From Candidatus Moraniibacteriota bacterium (lineage in GTDB: Bacteria > Patescibacteriota > Minisyncoccia > Moranbacterales > DUUL01), in NCBI GenBank assembly GCA_041583775.1, contig JBFHFF010000001.1, positions 94,676 to 158,675 of the forward strand: 64,000 nucleotides of DNA. Reading direction: 5' to 3'. The stretch's first letter is position 1. The number at the start of each line of letters is the position of its first letter. The notes below the pieces were generated by a model. The model saw only the letters and a program-made list of their open reading frames with translations. It had not been told where the DNA came from and searched no databases. The translations under genes and the position numbers were made by a program. Shown here one piece after another: positions 28,814-39,869 of the stretch.

Positions 28814-29728
28814 TCAGAGTTGCACAAAAAAATTCTCTAATTGCAATCTCTGATTCACATTGCTATTTGAAATTTCACTTCGCAATTGAATCACTTTTTC
28901 AATTATTTTAGAAATTTTATTTATAACTCTTGTATCCGCATTAATTTCCACTTGTTGCTTCACAAGACTCCTCAGATACCAAGTAATTTCATCTAAAGAT
29001 TCTCTAAGTTTTTCCTTGTCAGTTGATAGCTCCTCTGTCAGTTTCAATCCTTCAATAACACCTTTTTTGAGAGCATCTCTAAAAAGTTCCAGGTTGTTTT
29101 TTACTAATTTAAATTTTTCTGGATTCGCCAACAATTCACGCGCCTTACTAATTTTTCCCTGTGAAAAATCAGCCACTTCCAATAACTCTTCTTTTCCAAA
29201 CTCAATATTTTCATCTTGAAGTTGTGCTATAATATCCTCCTTTTCCGCAAGTCCAAACCTAAGGATTTGACACCTAGAACGAACAGTTGAAAGTAATTGC
29301 CATTCATTGTCACTTATCAAAATAATAATTGTATCAGAAGTCGGTTCTTCAATAATTTTCAATAAACTATTGGCGGCCGAGGTAGTCATTCTATCCGCTT
29401 CCTTAATAATCAAAAATTTATACTTTGCTTTATATGCGTAATAACTAATACTTTTAATGGCATTCTTTATTTGTTCAATTGAAATGTCTTTTTTTCTTTT
29501 TTTCTTTGCTTTTTCCTCAACAATTGGCTCGATAATGATTACATCTGGATTAGCACCACCTTCAACACTATGACAATCCTTCAACTCATTAACATCGCAA
29601 ACAAAATCAAAAACCATATTGCATTTTCCAACATTTGCTGGTCCACAAAAAAGATATGTCCCTACAAGAGAATTATTTTTCTTTGCCTTTTTTAAAAAAT
29701 TCCATTGATTTTTATTGATTTTCTTCAT
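28814..29728 (-). CDS. holB: DNA polymerase III delta' subunit
   Basis: YLFCGP..GK, ISIEQI, AANSLLKIIEEP, TVRSRC. Confidence 0.88.
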   Translation of the reverse strand: MKKINKNQWNFLKKAKKNNSLVGTYLFCGPANVGKCNMVFDFVCDVNELKDCHSVEGGANPDVIIIEPIVEEKAKKKRKKDISIEQIKNAIKSISYYAYKAKYKFLIIKEADRMTTSAANSLLKIIEEPTSDTIIILISDNEWQLLSTVRSRCQILRFGLAEKEDIIAQLQDENIEFGKEELLEVADFSQGKISKARELLANPEKFKLVKNNLELFRDALKKGVIEGLKLTEELSTDKEKLRESLDEITWYLRSLVKQQVEINADTRVINKISKIIEKVIQLRSEISNSNVNQRLQLENFFVQL

Positions 29729-29742
29729 TCACTATTTTTAGT

Positions 29743-30843
29743 CTAGGTATTCTGCTTAATAAATTCTACTATTTTTTCTTCAAAAACTTTCTTGGAAAAA
29801 TTTTCAGCATGCTTACGAATTTCAATATGGTTATAATTATTTTCATTTGCAATAAACCTTCTAATTCCGTCTGCTAAAATCTCCAATTGTGGTACATCAA
29901 AAAACTCCCCTGTCTTACCTTCAATTACAGTCTCCATTGTTCCGCCTTCTCTCAAAACAATTGCTGGTTTTCCTGCAGCCATTGCTTCCACTACTGTAAT
30001 ATTAAAGTCATCTTCAGAAGCACAAACAAATGCTCGTGTATTTTCATATAACTTTATTAGTTTTTTGTCATCGACGAATCCTAAAACTTTGATATTTTTA
30101 TTGTCCTTTGCAATTTTTTCAAGAGCTTTTTTTTCCTCACCCTCCCCAACAATAACAAGTGGTAGTTTGAGTTTTACAAACACCTCTGCAATTAATTTTG
30201 TTCTTTTATATGGAGACAACCTTCCTACTGTCAAAAAATAATCATCATGCTCTTTTTGTGGATAAAATTTTTCCACATCAACTGGAGGATAAATTACTTC
30301 GGATTTTTTGCGATAATATTTATCGATTCTTCTCGCTGTGTATTTCGAATTAGCAATAAATTTATCCACTCGCTCAGCACTCGCTCTATCCCACATTCGT
30401 AAATAACTCAAGAAAAATCTAACAAATAATTTTGTTCTCCCTTTAAGCTTTTGTTCTTCAAGATATTCATGGCTCCAGTCCCAAGCATACCTCATTGGCG
30501 TATGCATATAACAAAAATGTTTTGTTTTTGGTTTCACGACAATACCTTTTGCAAAAGCCGATGATGAAGAGATAACGACATCAAAATCTCGCAAATCAAA
30601 AGTCTCAATTGCTGTTGGCATTAAAGGAAATAAGAATTTATGTTTTTTTATGAGAAATTTTGGCATCTTTTGCAAAAAAGAACTCTCCACTTTTTGGCTA
30701 GAAAATATCTCTTTTTTATACTCCTCATCTTGAAGCAAGGTAAAAATAGATGCTTCTGGAAAAATTTCACTCATTACTTTTAGAGTTTTTTCAGCCCCTC
30801 CTTGATATAAAAGAAAATCGTGTACAAATGCAATATTTTTCAT
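29743..30843 (-). CDS. GT4 glycosyltransferase
   Basis: GGAEK, HTPMRYAWD, GRLSPYKR, EDDFNITVVEAMAAGKP. Confidence 0.92.
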   Translation of the reverse strand: MKNIAFVHDFLLYQGGAEKTLKVMSEIFPEASIFTLLQDEEYKKEIFSSQKVESSFLQKMPKFLIKKHKFLFPLMPTAIETFDLRDFDVVISSSSAFAKGIVVKPKTKHFCYMHTPMRYAWDWSHEYLEEQKLKGRTKLFVRFFLSYLRMWDRASAERVDKFIANSKYTARRIDKYYRKKSEVIYPPVDVEKFYPQKEHDDYFLTVGRLSPYKRTKLIAEVFVKLKLPLVIVGEGEEKKALEKIAKDNKNIKVLGFVDDKKLIKLYENTRAFVCASEDDFNITVVEAMAAGKPAIVLREGGTMETVIEGKTGEFFDVPQLEILADGIRRFIANENNYNHIEIRKHAENFSKKVFEEKIVEFIKQNT

Positions 30844-30895
30844 CTCTAATTTTGAATTTTATTTATAAGTAAACACGGTCAAATCATTTAACTTG

Positions 30896-31981
30896 TTAGG
30901 ATTGCGAAAGTAAAACCTTCGCAATACCTTCCCCGCATTTTTCCCAAGAAAACCTTTTTGTATTCTCAAATCCTTTTCTTACAACATCATCATATTTCTT
31001 TTTGTCTATCAAAATATTTTGAGCGACTCTAGCAATATGCTTTGGGTGCGTAGGAACTGCTAAAATTTCTTCATTCCCAGCGACTTCATCCATTGGCCCA
31101 AAATTTGATGTAATAACAGGAACACCAACGCTTTGCGCTTCTAAAATAGGAATACCAAAACCTTCGCACAATGAAGGAAACATAAAAATCTCTGCCTTAG
31201 CTAATAAATTAGTCTTTTCTTCTTCAGAAATAAATCCCAGCATTTTAATGTCTTCTTTATATTCGCTTCCATTAATTTTTTTTTCAATCTCTTCATACCC
31301 ATAGCCAAATTTTCCAGCTAATAATAACTGTCCTTTATAATTATATTCTCTTTTCAGAATTTCAAAAGCAGCAATTATGTTCTTGATATTTTTTCGTTCT
31401 TCTATCCTACCAATATAAAGGATATACTTATCACTCTCAATTTTTTTTGATAATTTGAGATATTCCTTTTTAATTTCAAAACCATTATAAACAACTATTA
31501 TCTTGCTTTTCTGAATTTTATACATCTTCACAAGATCTTTTTTCGTGTTTTGCGAAACTGAAACAATTTTTTTTGCCCAGCGACAACTTCTGGTGACAAA
31601 AAAGTGATGAAACCATCTTGAATATAAAGAATACCCTTTTGGACAATGTTCGTATTCGAGCCCATGCACTGTTACAATTGTTTTTCTAGGATGCACGAAA
31701 GGAACTGTATGCGCTGGAATAAAAAGAACATCAATTGGTCTTGTTAACATTTCCCAGGAAAGACCAGTTTGTGTCCAAAAATAGTTGAAAGGTACTACTT
31801 TTATTTTCCAATTTTTTGGCAAATCAAAATCAAGATTCTTTTTTCCTTTTTCTTTTACATATAGAAAAACTTCGTGGTCACCTAGGTGCTCCCGAAGATT
31901 TTTAATCGCTTGATATGCATATTCCTCAATTCCAGTTCTTTGCTTTATCAGTGCCCTTGATGCATCAATTCCAATTTTCAT
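30896..31981 (-). CDS. GT4 glycosyltransferase
   Basis: IGIDAS..RTGIEEY, IGRIEERKN, EGFGIPILEA. Confidence 0.92.
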   Translation of the reverse strand: MKIGIDASRALIKQRTGIEEYAYQAIKNLREHLGDHEVFLYVKEKGKKNLDFDLPKNWKIKVVPFNYFWTQTGLSWEMLTRPIDVLFIPAHTVPFVHPRKTIVTVHGLEYEHCPKGYSLYSRWFHHFFVTRSCRWAKKIVSVSQNTKKDLVKMYKIQKSKIIVVYNGFEIKKEYLKLSKKIESDKYILYIGRIEERKNIKNIIAAFEILKREYNYKGQLLLAGKFGYGYEEIEKKINGSEYKEDIKMLGFISEEEKTNLLAKAEIFMFPSLCEGFGIPILEAQSVGVPVITSNFGPMDEVAGNEEILAVPTHPKHIARVAQNILIDKKKYDDVVRKGFENTKRFSWEKCGEGIAKVLLSQS

Positions 31982-32098
31982 TTATTTTTCTTTGTTTATA
32001 GGCTGACCTTATTGTATTAAAACTAGGTCATTTTGGCAAGAAAAAATTAAACTAAAAACAGACTAGCATCTATTTTTAATTTTATTATAAAAAATAAT

Positions 32099-33103
32099 TT
32101 AACGCCTTGAAATTGTTCTTTTATAAATCTCTAGATTATCTAAAGCCACTCCTGTTCCTTTTGCAACACAAAGTAACGGCTCATCCGCAACATAACAAGG
32201 AACACCGGTCACCTTCGTGATAAGCTTATCCAAATTTCTCAACAAAGCACCTCCCCCTGAAAGCACAATTCCTTTATCCATAACATCTGCTGCTAGCTCT
32301 GGTGGTGTCTCTTGCATCACTTTTTTTGCAGCATTAATAATTTCTCGCAATTCTTCTTGGATAGCTTCCGTAATTTCATTAGTAGAAATTCGAATAGTCT
32401 TTGGCAAACCTCCCATGAGATCTCTTCCGCGAACTTCTACATATTCTTCTTTAACTTGTGGCAAAGCGCTTCCAATTTCAATCTTAACCTCTTCAGCAGT
32501 TCGCTCGCCAATTGCAAGACCATGTTTCTTTTTTATATATTGAGCAATTGCTGTATCAATTCTATCACCTCCCACTCTCGCACTATAAGCAGAAACGATC
32601 CCTCCTAAAGAAATGACTGCTACTTCTGAAGTACCACCTCCTATATCAATAATCATATTCCCACTTGCACTGTTTATTGGAATTCCGGCCCCAATTGCTG
32701 CAAGCACTGGCTCTTTCACAATATAAGCATTTTTTGCACCAGCTTTGATTGTCGCTTCTATCACAGCTCTTCTTTCTGTTGAAGTTACACCTGCCGGAAT
32801 TGAAACCATAACATCTGGTTTTGAAAATCTAATCTTGGGACTAACTTTTCCGATAAAATATCTAAGCATAGCCTCCGTCACACGATAATCAGCGATAACA
32901 CCATTTTTCAATGGACGATACGCAGTTATTACATCAGGAGTTCTTCCGATCATTTCTTTCGCTTCATTTCCAACAGCAATAACCCTGTTATCATCCATCG
33001 TAACAGCAACAACTGAGGGCTCATTTACCACTATCCCCTTTTTTGGAACAAACACTAGAGTATTTGCCGTTCCAAGATCGATTCCAATTCTTTTTGAAAA
33101 CAT
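32099..33103 (-). CDS. mreB: rod shape-determining protein MreB
   Basis: GIDLGTANT, NEPSVVA, DIGGGTSE, SGGGALL. Confidence 0.97.
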   Translation of the reverse strand: MFSKRIGIDLGTANTLVFVPKKGIVVNEPSVVAVTMDDNRVIAVGNEAKEMIGRTPDVITAYRPLKNGVIADYRVTEAMLRYFIGKVSPKIRFSKPDVMVSIPAGVTSTERRAVIEATIKAGAKNAYIVKEPVLAAIGAGIPINSASGNMIIDIGGGTSEVAVISLGGIVSAYSARVGGDRIDTAIAQYIKKKHGLAIGERTAEEVKIEIGSALPQVKEEYVEVRGRDLMGGLPKTIRISTNEITEAIQEELREIINAAKKVMQETPPELAADVMDKGIVLSGGGALLRNLDKLITKVTGVPCYVADEPLLCVAKGTGVALDNLEIYKRTISRR

Positions 33104-33148
33104 ATACTATAAAAATAATCGCGCAAGTTAAAGTTTCTTGAACATTTT

Positions 33149-33598
33149 TTAAGGTTGTATCTTAATATAACCTCCTTTGAGGAAATTTTCAACTGACTCT
33201 TTTGTGGTTTGAACAATTTTTTTAGGCAACTTATCTATATCAAACCATTTCATCTTTTCACATTTATGAGGCTCTAGAATTTTAAGATCACCACTTTTTA
33301 GATTAGCTAAATAATTAATCGCAATCCAGTGCTGATTTTCTTTTTTAATAATATGGTCTGTATGAGGGAGATACCCCCAGATTTCAATTTCCAAATTTGT
33401 CTCTTCTCGCACCTCTCTTTTCATCGCTTCAATTGCAGTCTCTCCAAAATCAATTTTTCCCCCTGGCTTTGACCATTTTCCAGTTTCATTTCTACTATCC
33501 GCCCCTCTTTTTTGAAGTAAAATTTGACCCAGTTTATTAAAAATCAAAACCCCACCACCAATTCCTATATAATCTACTCCTATTTTCTTTTCTTTCAT
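33149..33598 (-). CDS. NUDIX hydrolase
   Basis: NUDIX box PGGKIDFGETAIEAMKREVREETNL; ATG at 33598. Confidence 0.92.
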   Translation of the reverse strand: MKEKKIGVDYIGIGGGVLIFNKLGQILLQKRGADSRNETGKWSKPGGKIDFGETAIEAMKREVREETNLEIEIWGYLPHTDHIIKKENQHWIAINYLANLKSGDLKILEPHKCEKMKWFDIDKLPKKIVQTTKESVENFLKGGYIKIQP

Positions 33599-33630
33599 TT
33601 TGATTTTTAAATTAAATACCACACAAAGAA

Positions 33631-33954
33631 TTATTTAAATTCTGAAACACGAAAATTTTTCTCATCAATTTTCTTAATATCCCTCCTCATAATCTTCTCA
33701 TACTTTTTCCAAAAAGCCTCATCAACTTCTTCTATTGAAATTCCCAGACTTATAAAATTACCAATTAAAAGATTTAGCAAATCAATATTCTCCTCAATAA
33801 TTGCTTGCCTTCCTTTGCCCTTAGTAACTGCCTGAGCAAGTTCCCCCAATTCCTCTGTCATTAAATTTAAACGAAAATTCATATCTTCATTATTAGTTCC
33901 TTTCATTTTAAATTTTTTATGAAATTGAGAAATAGCCTTATAATATTTTTTCAT
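33631..33954 (-). CDS. MazG-like nucleotide pyrophosphohydrolase
   Basis: LMTEELGELAQA..EENIDL acidic motif; ATG at 33954 overlaps the end of murA. Confidence 0.8.
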   Translation of the reverse strand: MKKYYKAISQFHKKFKMKGTNNEDMNFRLNLMTEELGELAQAVTKGKGRQAIIEENIDLLNLLIGNFISLGISIEEVDEAFWKKYEKIMRRDIKKIDEKNFRVSEFK

Positions 33955-35260
33955 TGCAAGAATCCATTTTTTTAATTTCAGCCCCAATATTCTTCAACCT
34001 TCCTTCTAAATCTTCATATCCACGATTTATTGAATATACATCACGCAAAATTGATTTACCTTTAGCAGCAAGCATTGCTACCAAAATAATTGCCGCCGGT
34101 CTTAGCGCTGGCGGAGACATCATTTCAGCGTTTTTTATTATGGTTGGACCTTCTACATAAACTCTGTGTGGATCCAAAAGTGTAATATTTGCACCAAGAC
34201 GATTTAATTCCGTAAAATAGATTGCTCGATTCTCAAAAACCCAATCGTGAATTAATGTTTTTCCTTTTGCCACCATTGCGATTGGCACGAAAAATGGTAG
34301 ATTGTCCATATTGAGCCCTGGGAACGGCAAACCGTGTAGTTTTTCCTCTAAAGCCACCAATTTCGATGGAATAATTTCAATATCAACTAAATCCGTCCTC
34401 CCATTTCTCGCTTTATATTCTTTTTTAATTAAATATCTCTGCCCCATTTTTTCAAGCTTCAAAAGCTCCAACTCCAAAAACTCAATTGGACATCTCATGA
34501 TAAGCAATTTGCTTTTTGTTGTAATTGCCAAGGAAATAAAAAACATTGCTTCGATAGGATCTTCGCTAATTTCGTAGATAATGTCTTTATTAATTTTTTT
34601 TAGCCCTTCAATTTCCAAAGTTGTTCCCCCAATACCTTTTATTTTTACGCCCAACTCTTCCAAGAAAAAACACAAGTCCTGTACCATATAATTAGAAGTT
34701 GCCATTTTAATAACAGTTTTTTCTGAAACTTGTGATGCTGCCATAAGTGCTGCCTCTGTCACAGTATCCCCCGACTCATACAAAACAACTTTATCAGCTT
34801 TCTTGAACTTTCCAGCGTCAACTTCGAAAGAATCTTCTTTTACTTTTATTTTAACTCCAAAATTTTCCAACACAAAAAGATGTGGCTTTACCGTTCGAGA
34901 GCCAAGCTTGCAACCACCAGCTTGTGGGATTGAATATTTTTTAAATTTTCCAGCCAAAGAACTCATCAACATTATTGCGCTTCTGGTTTTTTGAGCAGCT
35001 ATTTTATCAATTTTTTTAATTTCAATATTTTTTGGCGCCTTTAGTATTAGTGTCTTTCCGTTTTTTATAATTTTCATTCCAATACTTTCCAACACCTCAA
35101 TCCAACGATTCACTTCTTCTATCTGTGGAACATTTTTTAAAGTTGTCGTTCCTTCGTTTAAAACCGAAGCAGCTAAAATAGCGACTGCTGCATTCTTTGA
35201 GCCATTTACAGCTATTTTTCCGTGAAGTTTATTACCACCATTTATTTCAAAATTTTGCAT
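33938..35260 (-). CDS. murA: UDP-N-acetylglucosamine 1-carboxyvinyltransferase
   Basis: GSKNAA, GGCKLGSR (catalytic Cys), FENR, RGYEDL. Confidence 0.95.
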   Translation of the reverse strand: MQNFEINGGNKLHGKIAVNGSKNAAVAILAASVLNEGTTTLKNVPQIEEVNRWIEVLESIGMKIIKNGKTLILKAPKNIEIKKIDKIAAQKTRSAIMLMSSLAGKFKKYSIPQAGGCKLGSRTVKPHLFVLENFGVKIKVKEDSFEVDAGKFKKADKVVLYESGDTVTEAALMAASQVSEKTVIKMATSNYMVQDLCFFLEELGVKIKGIGGTTLEIEGLKKINKDIIYEISEDPIEAMFFISLAITTKSKLLIMRCPIEFLELELLKLEKMGQRYLIKKEYKARNGRTDLVDIEIIPSKLVALEEKLHGLPFPGLNMDNLPFFVPIAMVAKGKTLIHDWVFENRAIYFTELNRLGANITLLDPHRVYVEGPTIIKNAEMMSPPALRPAAIILVAMLAAKGKSILRDVYSINRGYEDLEGRLKNIGAEIKKMDSCNEKIL

Positions 35261-35382
35261 TTTTTGTCTTCTGTTTAGCATTTATAAGACTATTCTTATT
35301 GTATTAGAGGGTGGTTGTTTTTGCAAGAGAAAAAATATTTACACTTCGATGTGGTTTTTTTATAATTAAATCTCTCTTTTAA

Positions 35383-35416
35383 ATTAAAAATGACACCAAA
35401 CAGTGTCATTTTTAAT
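35383..35416. terminator. terminator after dnaJ
   Basis: ATTAAAAATGACAC-caaaca-GTGTCATTTTTAAT perfect inverted repeat. Confidence 0.75.
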
Positions 35417-35438
35417 AAATAACCATTTAATCAAATAC

Positions 35439-36542
35439 TTACAGGCCAAATTCTTGTAATTTCTTCACCAGCCTCTTTTGATCACGAGAAAGATTTTCTG
35501 GAGTTTTTATTCTAATTTCCACCAAATGGCTACCTCTTCCAAATCTATCCTCTCTATTAATGCCTTTATTTCTAATCTTAAAAACATCTCCCGATTGAGT
35601 TCCTGGAGTAACTTTCATACTCATCTCACCTTCAATTGTTTCAATATCAATTTTATCACCAAGCACTGCTTGTGAAAATGAAATCTCAGCAACAGAAACG
35701 ATGTCATCATCACTTCTTTTAAATCTCGCATCTGGTTTAATATGGATTGTGATAAATAGACTACCAGGTTTCCCGCCTCCGGTTGGCATTTCTCCGTGAC
35801 CAGTAGCACGAATTGTTTGTCCATTTTCAATTCCTGCCGGAATTTTTATATTAACTTTTTGATAATCTCTAACAACACCATCTCCTCCGCACTTCTCACA
35901 CTTCTCTTTTGGAATTTGACCCTTTCCATTACACCTTTCACAAACTACAACCTGTTGAATATTACCAAACATACTTCTTACCATCTTGTGAACCTTCCCT
36001 GCACCTCCACATACATCGCATGTTTTGGTATCCTTATTTTTTGCTCCTGTACCATCACATCCATCACATAGGACTTTTTTGTATAACTCAATTTCCTTTT
36101 CAGTACCAAGCGCCATCTCTTTAAATGTGATTTCTATATCTACGGCTATATCAGAACCAACCTTCTCCCTTGAACCAGTGGAACCCCCAAACCCTGCTTG
36201 TGAAAATAAATCCGAGAATAAATCTTCAAACCCCCCATTGTTTCCAGAACCCGTTTGTCCAAAATCAAAATTAAAACCGCCGCCACTAAAACCACCAAAA
36301 CCGCCGCCACCATTACCACTTCGCCCGGCATCTTCAAATGTCTGACCAAACTGATCATATTGTTGTCTTTTTTGCTTGTCAGAAAGGGTTTGGTAAGCTC
36401 CATTTATTTCCTTAAATTTCGCCTCATCCCCACCTTTCTTGTCTGGATGATGCTTATGCGCAAGTTTTCTATATGCTTTTTTAATTTCATCATCTGAAGC
36501 GTTTTTATCAACGCCTAAAATAGAATAAAGATCCTTACTCAT
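35439..36542 (-). CDS. dnaJ: chaperone DnaJ
   Basis: J domain with HPD, G/F-rich region, four CxxCxGxG repeats. Confidence 0.97.
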   Translation of the reverse strand: MSKDLYSILGVDKNASDDEIKKAYRKLAHKHHPDKKGGDEAKFKEINGAYQTLSDKQKRQQYDQFGQTFEDAGRSGNGGGGFGGFSGGGFNFDFGQTGSGNNGGFEDLFSDLFSQAGFGGSTGSREKVGSDIAVDIEITFKEMALGTEKEIELYKKVLCDGCDGTGAKNKDTKTCDVCGGAGKVHKMVRSMFGNIQQVVVCERCNGKGQIPKEKCEKCGGDGVVRDYQKVNIKIPAGIENGQTIRATGHGEMPTGGGKPGSLFITIHIKPDARFKRSDDDIVSVAEISFSQAVLGDKIDIETIEGEMSMKVTPGTQSGDVFKIRNKGINREDRFGRGSHLVEIRIKTPENLSRDQKRLVKKLQEFGL

Positions 36543-36585
36543 TTTATTATAAATCGCTAACTTTTTATTAATTTATCCGGAGAAA

Positions 36586-37638
36586 TTAAATTTCAATGTT
36601 TTCTATTTCTCTCACCTCTTTAACAACTTTAATTTTCCCCAGTTTAACAAGTATAGAAAAAATTCCTGAAATTGTCCAGAAAAGAATTACATTGGAAATC
36701 CAAACAATTGACCTGATTGATACAAATAAAGCTACGGCACTACCTATTGGCAACATTTCTGATACAATTACTTGTCCATTAATCAAATCATTTGCCCTTT
36801 TGTTTATTAAATTATTTAGAACATCATCAATTCTTTCGTTTCCATCAAGTTCTATTTGCAGTTTATCCGCTAGCATCGCCCTATTTTTTTCAACAATCAT
36901 CCTCTCTCTTTCCCACACCTCTCTTTCAATTCCAGCCTCTCTTTGCGCTCTTATTTCGTCATCAACCTCATTCCTAATTTCTTCTAAGACGGTGCCCTCA
37001 AGAGAGATATCTTGGGAGCGTAAAATTTTCCGAAAATACTCATCCACAGTCACCCCCTCCAAAACCCAAGAAATCTCATCGTTGGGCATTACAATATCCA
37101 CAATTTTAAAAGCAATTCTTGTTGTTTCTGTTGATATTTTAATATTGATTCTTGGCACATGCCCAACTTTTTGCAAATTTGCAACTGAAAAATAAAAACC
37201 AGCAGCAACTAAAAGGGTGAATGCAGTTCCAATTACCGGGACACCTCTTTTTAAAATTCGATAAATATCTATATTGATTCGATTATACTGCTCCGTCTTA
37301 ATCCTTTCTATTGCAACTACACAGCTGGCCATAATAACCGCCCAGACCAAAAAAGAAGGCATTAGGTGGTCTTTTCCTAAAAAAACAGCGCCCATCATTC
37401 CAAATGAGCATACTAAATGTAAGATTCTACGATTGTGCTCCAAAACAACTAAAAAGTAAAAAAATCCAAAAGCACACAAATAAAGAAATGCTGCGAAAAA
37501 CAGCCCTTCATAATTATTTACAAAAAAAGCACGATACAACAACAACCATCCCAGTGAAAACAAAATCACGGTTCCTATTGCTAATGTGTACAATAATTTT
37601 TTGTTTTTCATTTTCTTTTTGTTTATTCTTTGAATCAC
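36586..37638 (-). CDS. hypothetical multi-pass membrane protein
   Basis: several TM helices plus a soluble helical loop; ATGA overlap with the upstream gene. Confidence 0.75.
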   Translation of the reverse strand: MIQRINKKKMKNKKLLYTLAIGTVILFSLGWLLLYRAFFVNNYEGLFFAAFLYLCAFGFFYFLVVLEHNRRILHLVCSFGMMGAVFLGKDHLMPSFLVWAVIMASCVVAIERIKTEQYNRINIDIYRILKRGVPVIGTAFTLLVAAGFYFSVANLQKVGHVPRINIKISTETTRIAFKIVDIVMPNDEISWVLEGVTVDEYFRKILRSQDISLEGTVLEEIRNEVDDEIRAQREAGIEREVWERERMIVEKNRAMLADKLQIELDGNERIDDVLNNLINKRANDLINGQVIVSEMLPIGSAVALFVSIRSIVWISNVILFWTISGIFSILVKLGKIKVVKEVREIENIEI

Positions 37639-38231
37639 TCCTTTCCTCGCATTATTACACCTTCCTCTCTTTTTTGCTCTCTAATTGCATTTTTTTGCAA
37701 TGTCATCACAACAGTTCTAATCATTACTGGATCTTTAACTTGCTTGAAAGTAAAACGCGCTTTCTCTCCAGCGGTTTGAATATAAACTTGTCCAAATTTC
37801 AATAAGGTAGGGATAATACCCTGAACTTCAGTAGTAACATCCTGAATTTTTCCGTGCTCCAATTCGCTTATCTCGCGCCTGAATAATCCCAACTGTTCTA
37901 TGCTAATTATTCTTTGATCTGTAACAATCCAAACATCATAATAAAAATCAATCCACATTATAAAAAGTCCTAGCCAAAAAGCCATCAAAGAAAAACTCAT
38001 AACCACATTAAACAAATGATTGTCAACTTCTATTGGAAGGTTATTTACTAAAATTGGAGCTAGAATAAAAATGAAAATAATTACAAATAAAAAAATCGCA
38101 AACGGAATTGTTTTTACTACCAAAATTAACCAATGTCTTCTTAGGATTAAGATAATTTCTTCATCCTCCCTTTTCCCTTTAAACTTATAATCCAAAAATT
38201 GGTGCTGATAATTTTTTTTGTTTTTATTCAT
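37635..38231 (-). CDS. membrane-flanked bacterial PH-domain (bPH_2-like) protein
   Basis: LRRHW, two TM, WIVTDQRII..Q.GLF.R, IQDVT, FGQVYIQTAG. Confidence 0.85.
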   Translation of the reverse strand: MNKNKKNYQHQFLDYKFKGKREDEEIILILRRHWLILVVKTIPFAIFLFVIIFIFILAPILVNNLPIEVDNHLFNVVMSFSLMAFWLGLFIMWIDFYYDVWIVTDQRIISIEQLGLFRREISELEHGKIQDVTTEVQGIIPTLLKFGQVYIQTAGEKARFTFKQVKDPVMIRTVVMTLQKNAIREQKREEGVIMRGKE

Positions 38232-38487
38232 AATTGGAAAAATCTTCAAAATCCAAGCCAGCAGGAATTACAACAAACTCAAAAGAGAGTGCACTCCAAT
38301 CAATTTGAATTGCATTTGAAACATTAAAAGTTAGTATCAACAAACAACCAACAATAAAAAGCATCGTTGTTACTGTAGAGATTTTTTCATTTAATTTACT
38401 TGCTCGAAGATGGTAAATAACCGCTAAAAAACCTCCAAGGAAAAATGTCAAAAGAAGAAAATATACAATCAATGGTAAGTTTATCAT
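38224..38487 (-). CDS. small two-TM hypothetical protein
   Basis: 87 aa, two hydrophobic helices, overlaps the downstream gene. Confidence 0.65.
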   Translation of the reverse strand: MINLPLIVYFLLLTFFLGGFLAVIYHLRASKLNEKISTVTTMLFIVGCLLILTFNVSNAIQIDWSALSFEFVVIPAGLDFEDFSNYE

Positions 38488-38513
38488 TTTATTTTTTAGA
38501 TTCTTTTATTCAG

Positions 38514-39521
38514 CTAATCTACTTGTTTTCTATTTTCAGGAATTTCAATTCCCAAATGTTTATATGCTGCATCTGTCACTCGTCTTCCTCTTGGCGTTCT
38601 CTCAATAAATCCAAGTTGCATTAAAAATGGCTCATAAACTTCTTCAATTGTCTGAACATCTTCAGAAAAAGCTGCGGCAATTGTTTGAACTCCAACTGGT
38701 CCACCAGAAAATTTTTCTATCATAACTCTCAGGACCTCCCTATCGGCTGTTTCCAGTCCAAGATTATCAACATCTAAAATTTCAAAAGTTGCAAGGACTG
38801 TTTCGTTTGAAATTATTGAATGATTGTTCATTTGTGCATAATCCCGCACTCTTTTTAAAAGCCTATTAACAATTCTAGGCGTTTTTCGTGAACATCTTGC
38901 AATGGTAGTCCTACCTGCCAAATCAGTTTCAACCCCCAAAATTTTACTATTTCTTTCAATTATTTGACACATTTCATCATCAGAATAAAACTCCAATTTG
39001 TTGATTATCCCAAATCTATTACGAAGTGGCGCCGACAACATTCCCAATCTTGTCGTTGCGCCAATAAGTGTAAATTTTGGCAATTCTAATTGGATCGTCC
39101 TAGCTGATGGACCTTTCCCAACAATAATATCCAATTTACCATCTTCCATCGCTGGATACAAAACTTCTTCTACAACTTTACTCAATCTATGAATTTCATC
39201 GACAAAAAGCACATCCCCGTCATTCAAATTCGTTAAAATTGAACCAAGATCACCAACCCTTTCAATTGCAGGTCCAGATGTTGTTTTTATCCCCGCTCCC
39301 ATTTCCCTAGAAATAATATGAGCCAAAGTAGTCTTTCCTAAACCAGGAGGACCAAAGAGCAAAATATGATCAAGTGACTCCTTTCTTTGTTTTGCAGCTC
39401 CCATTAGAATATGCAAATTCTTTTTTACAATTTTTTGCCCTACATAATCACTCAAAACCTGTGGTCGCAAAGTAATCTCCAGCTGTTCATCTATTTCTTC
39501 TTGTTTATTTGTTTCAATCAT
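38514..39521 (-). CDS. ruvB: Holliday junction branch migration helicase RuvB
   Basis: [33 protein letters not shown]. Confidence 0.98.
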   Translation of the reverse strand: MIETNKQEEIDEQLEITLRPQVLSDYVGQKIVKKNLHILMGAAKQRKESLDHILLFGPPGLGKTTLAHIISREMGAGIKTTSGPAIERVGDLGSILTNLNDGDVLFVDEIHRLSKVVEEVLYPAMEDGKLDIIVGKGPSARTIQLELPKFTLIGATTRLGMLSAPLRNRFGIINKLEFYSDDEMCQIIERNSKILGVETDLAGRTTIARCSRKTPRIVNRLLKRVRDYAQMNNHSIISNETVLATFEILDVDNLGLETADREVLRVMIEKFSGGPVGVQTIAAAFSEDVQTIEEVYEPFLMQLGFIERTPRGRRVTDAAYKHLGIEIPENRKQVD

Positions 39522-39636
39522 CCTTCTTTAATTACTTTCTTTAATCCTCTACTCTTTTCTTTTCACCTTAATATTCTATCATTTTTTTATACTTTTCAAC
39601 ATAAGTTGATTCAAAAAATAAAAGTAACAGCAACTC

Positions 39637-39665
39637 TTGACAATTTTTTTGCTTTATGCTAGGAT
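39637..39665 (+). promoter_or_regulatory. sigma70 promoter with extended -10, facing an ORF-less region
   Basis: TTGACA-17 nt-TAGGAT with TG before the -10. Confidence 0.7.
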
Positions 39666-39704
39666 GTATTAACATAGATTGAAAATTATGTTAATGTTTC
39701 TTTA

Positions 39705-39862
39705 CATTTTTGATATCAACCTGTAGACAAGGGTGCTCTGAACTCCCAAGGAATTTTTCTTAGTATAGGTTAGTGTGGTTCCGGCTGTGCTATCCTCGGA
39801 TCTATTCCTGCCTTATGCCTTGTGCGTAAGCTTTTATTGTCTACAGATTGATGTTATAAATG
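39705..39862 (+). ncRNA. rod-shaped non-coding RNA, 6S-like candidate
   Basis: 20-bp closing stem 39711-39730 with 39837-39856 (one mismatch, two G-U); inner stems AGGAAT/ATTCCT and AGGtTAGTGTGGT/GCTGTGCTAtCCT; own promoter and terminator; no ORF. Confidence 0.6.
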
Positions 39863-39869
39863 CGCTTTG

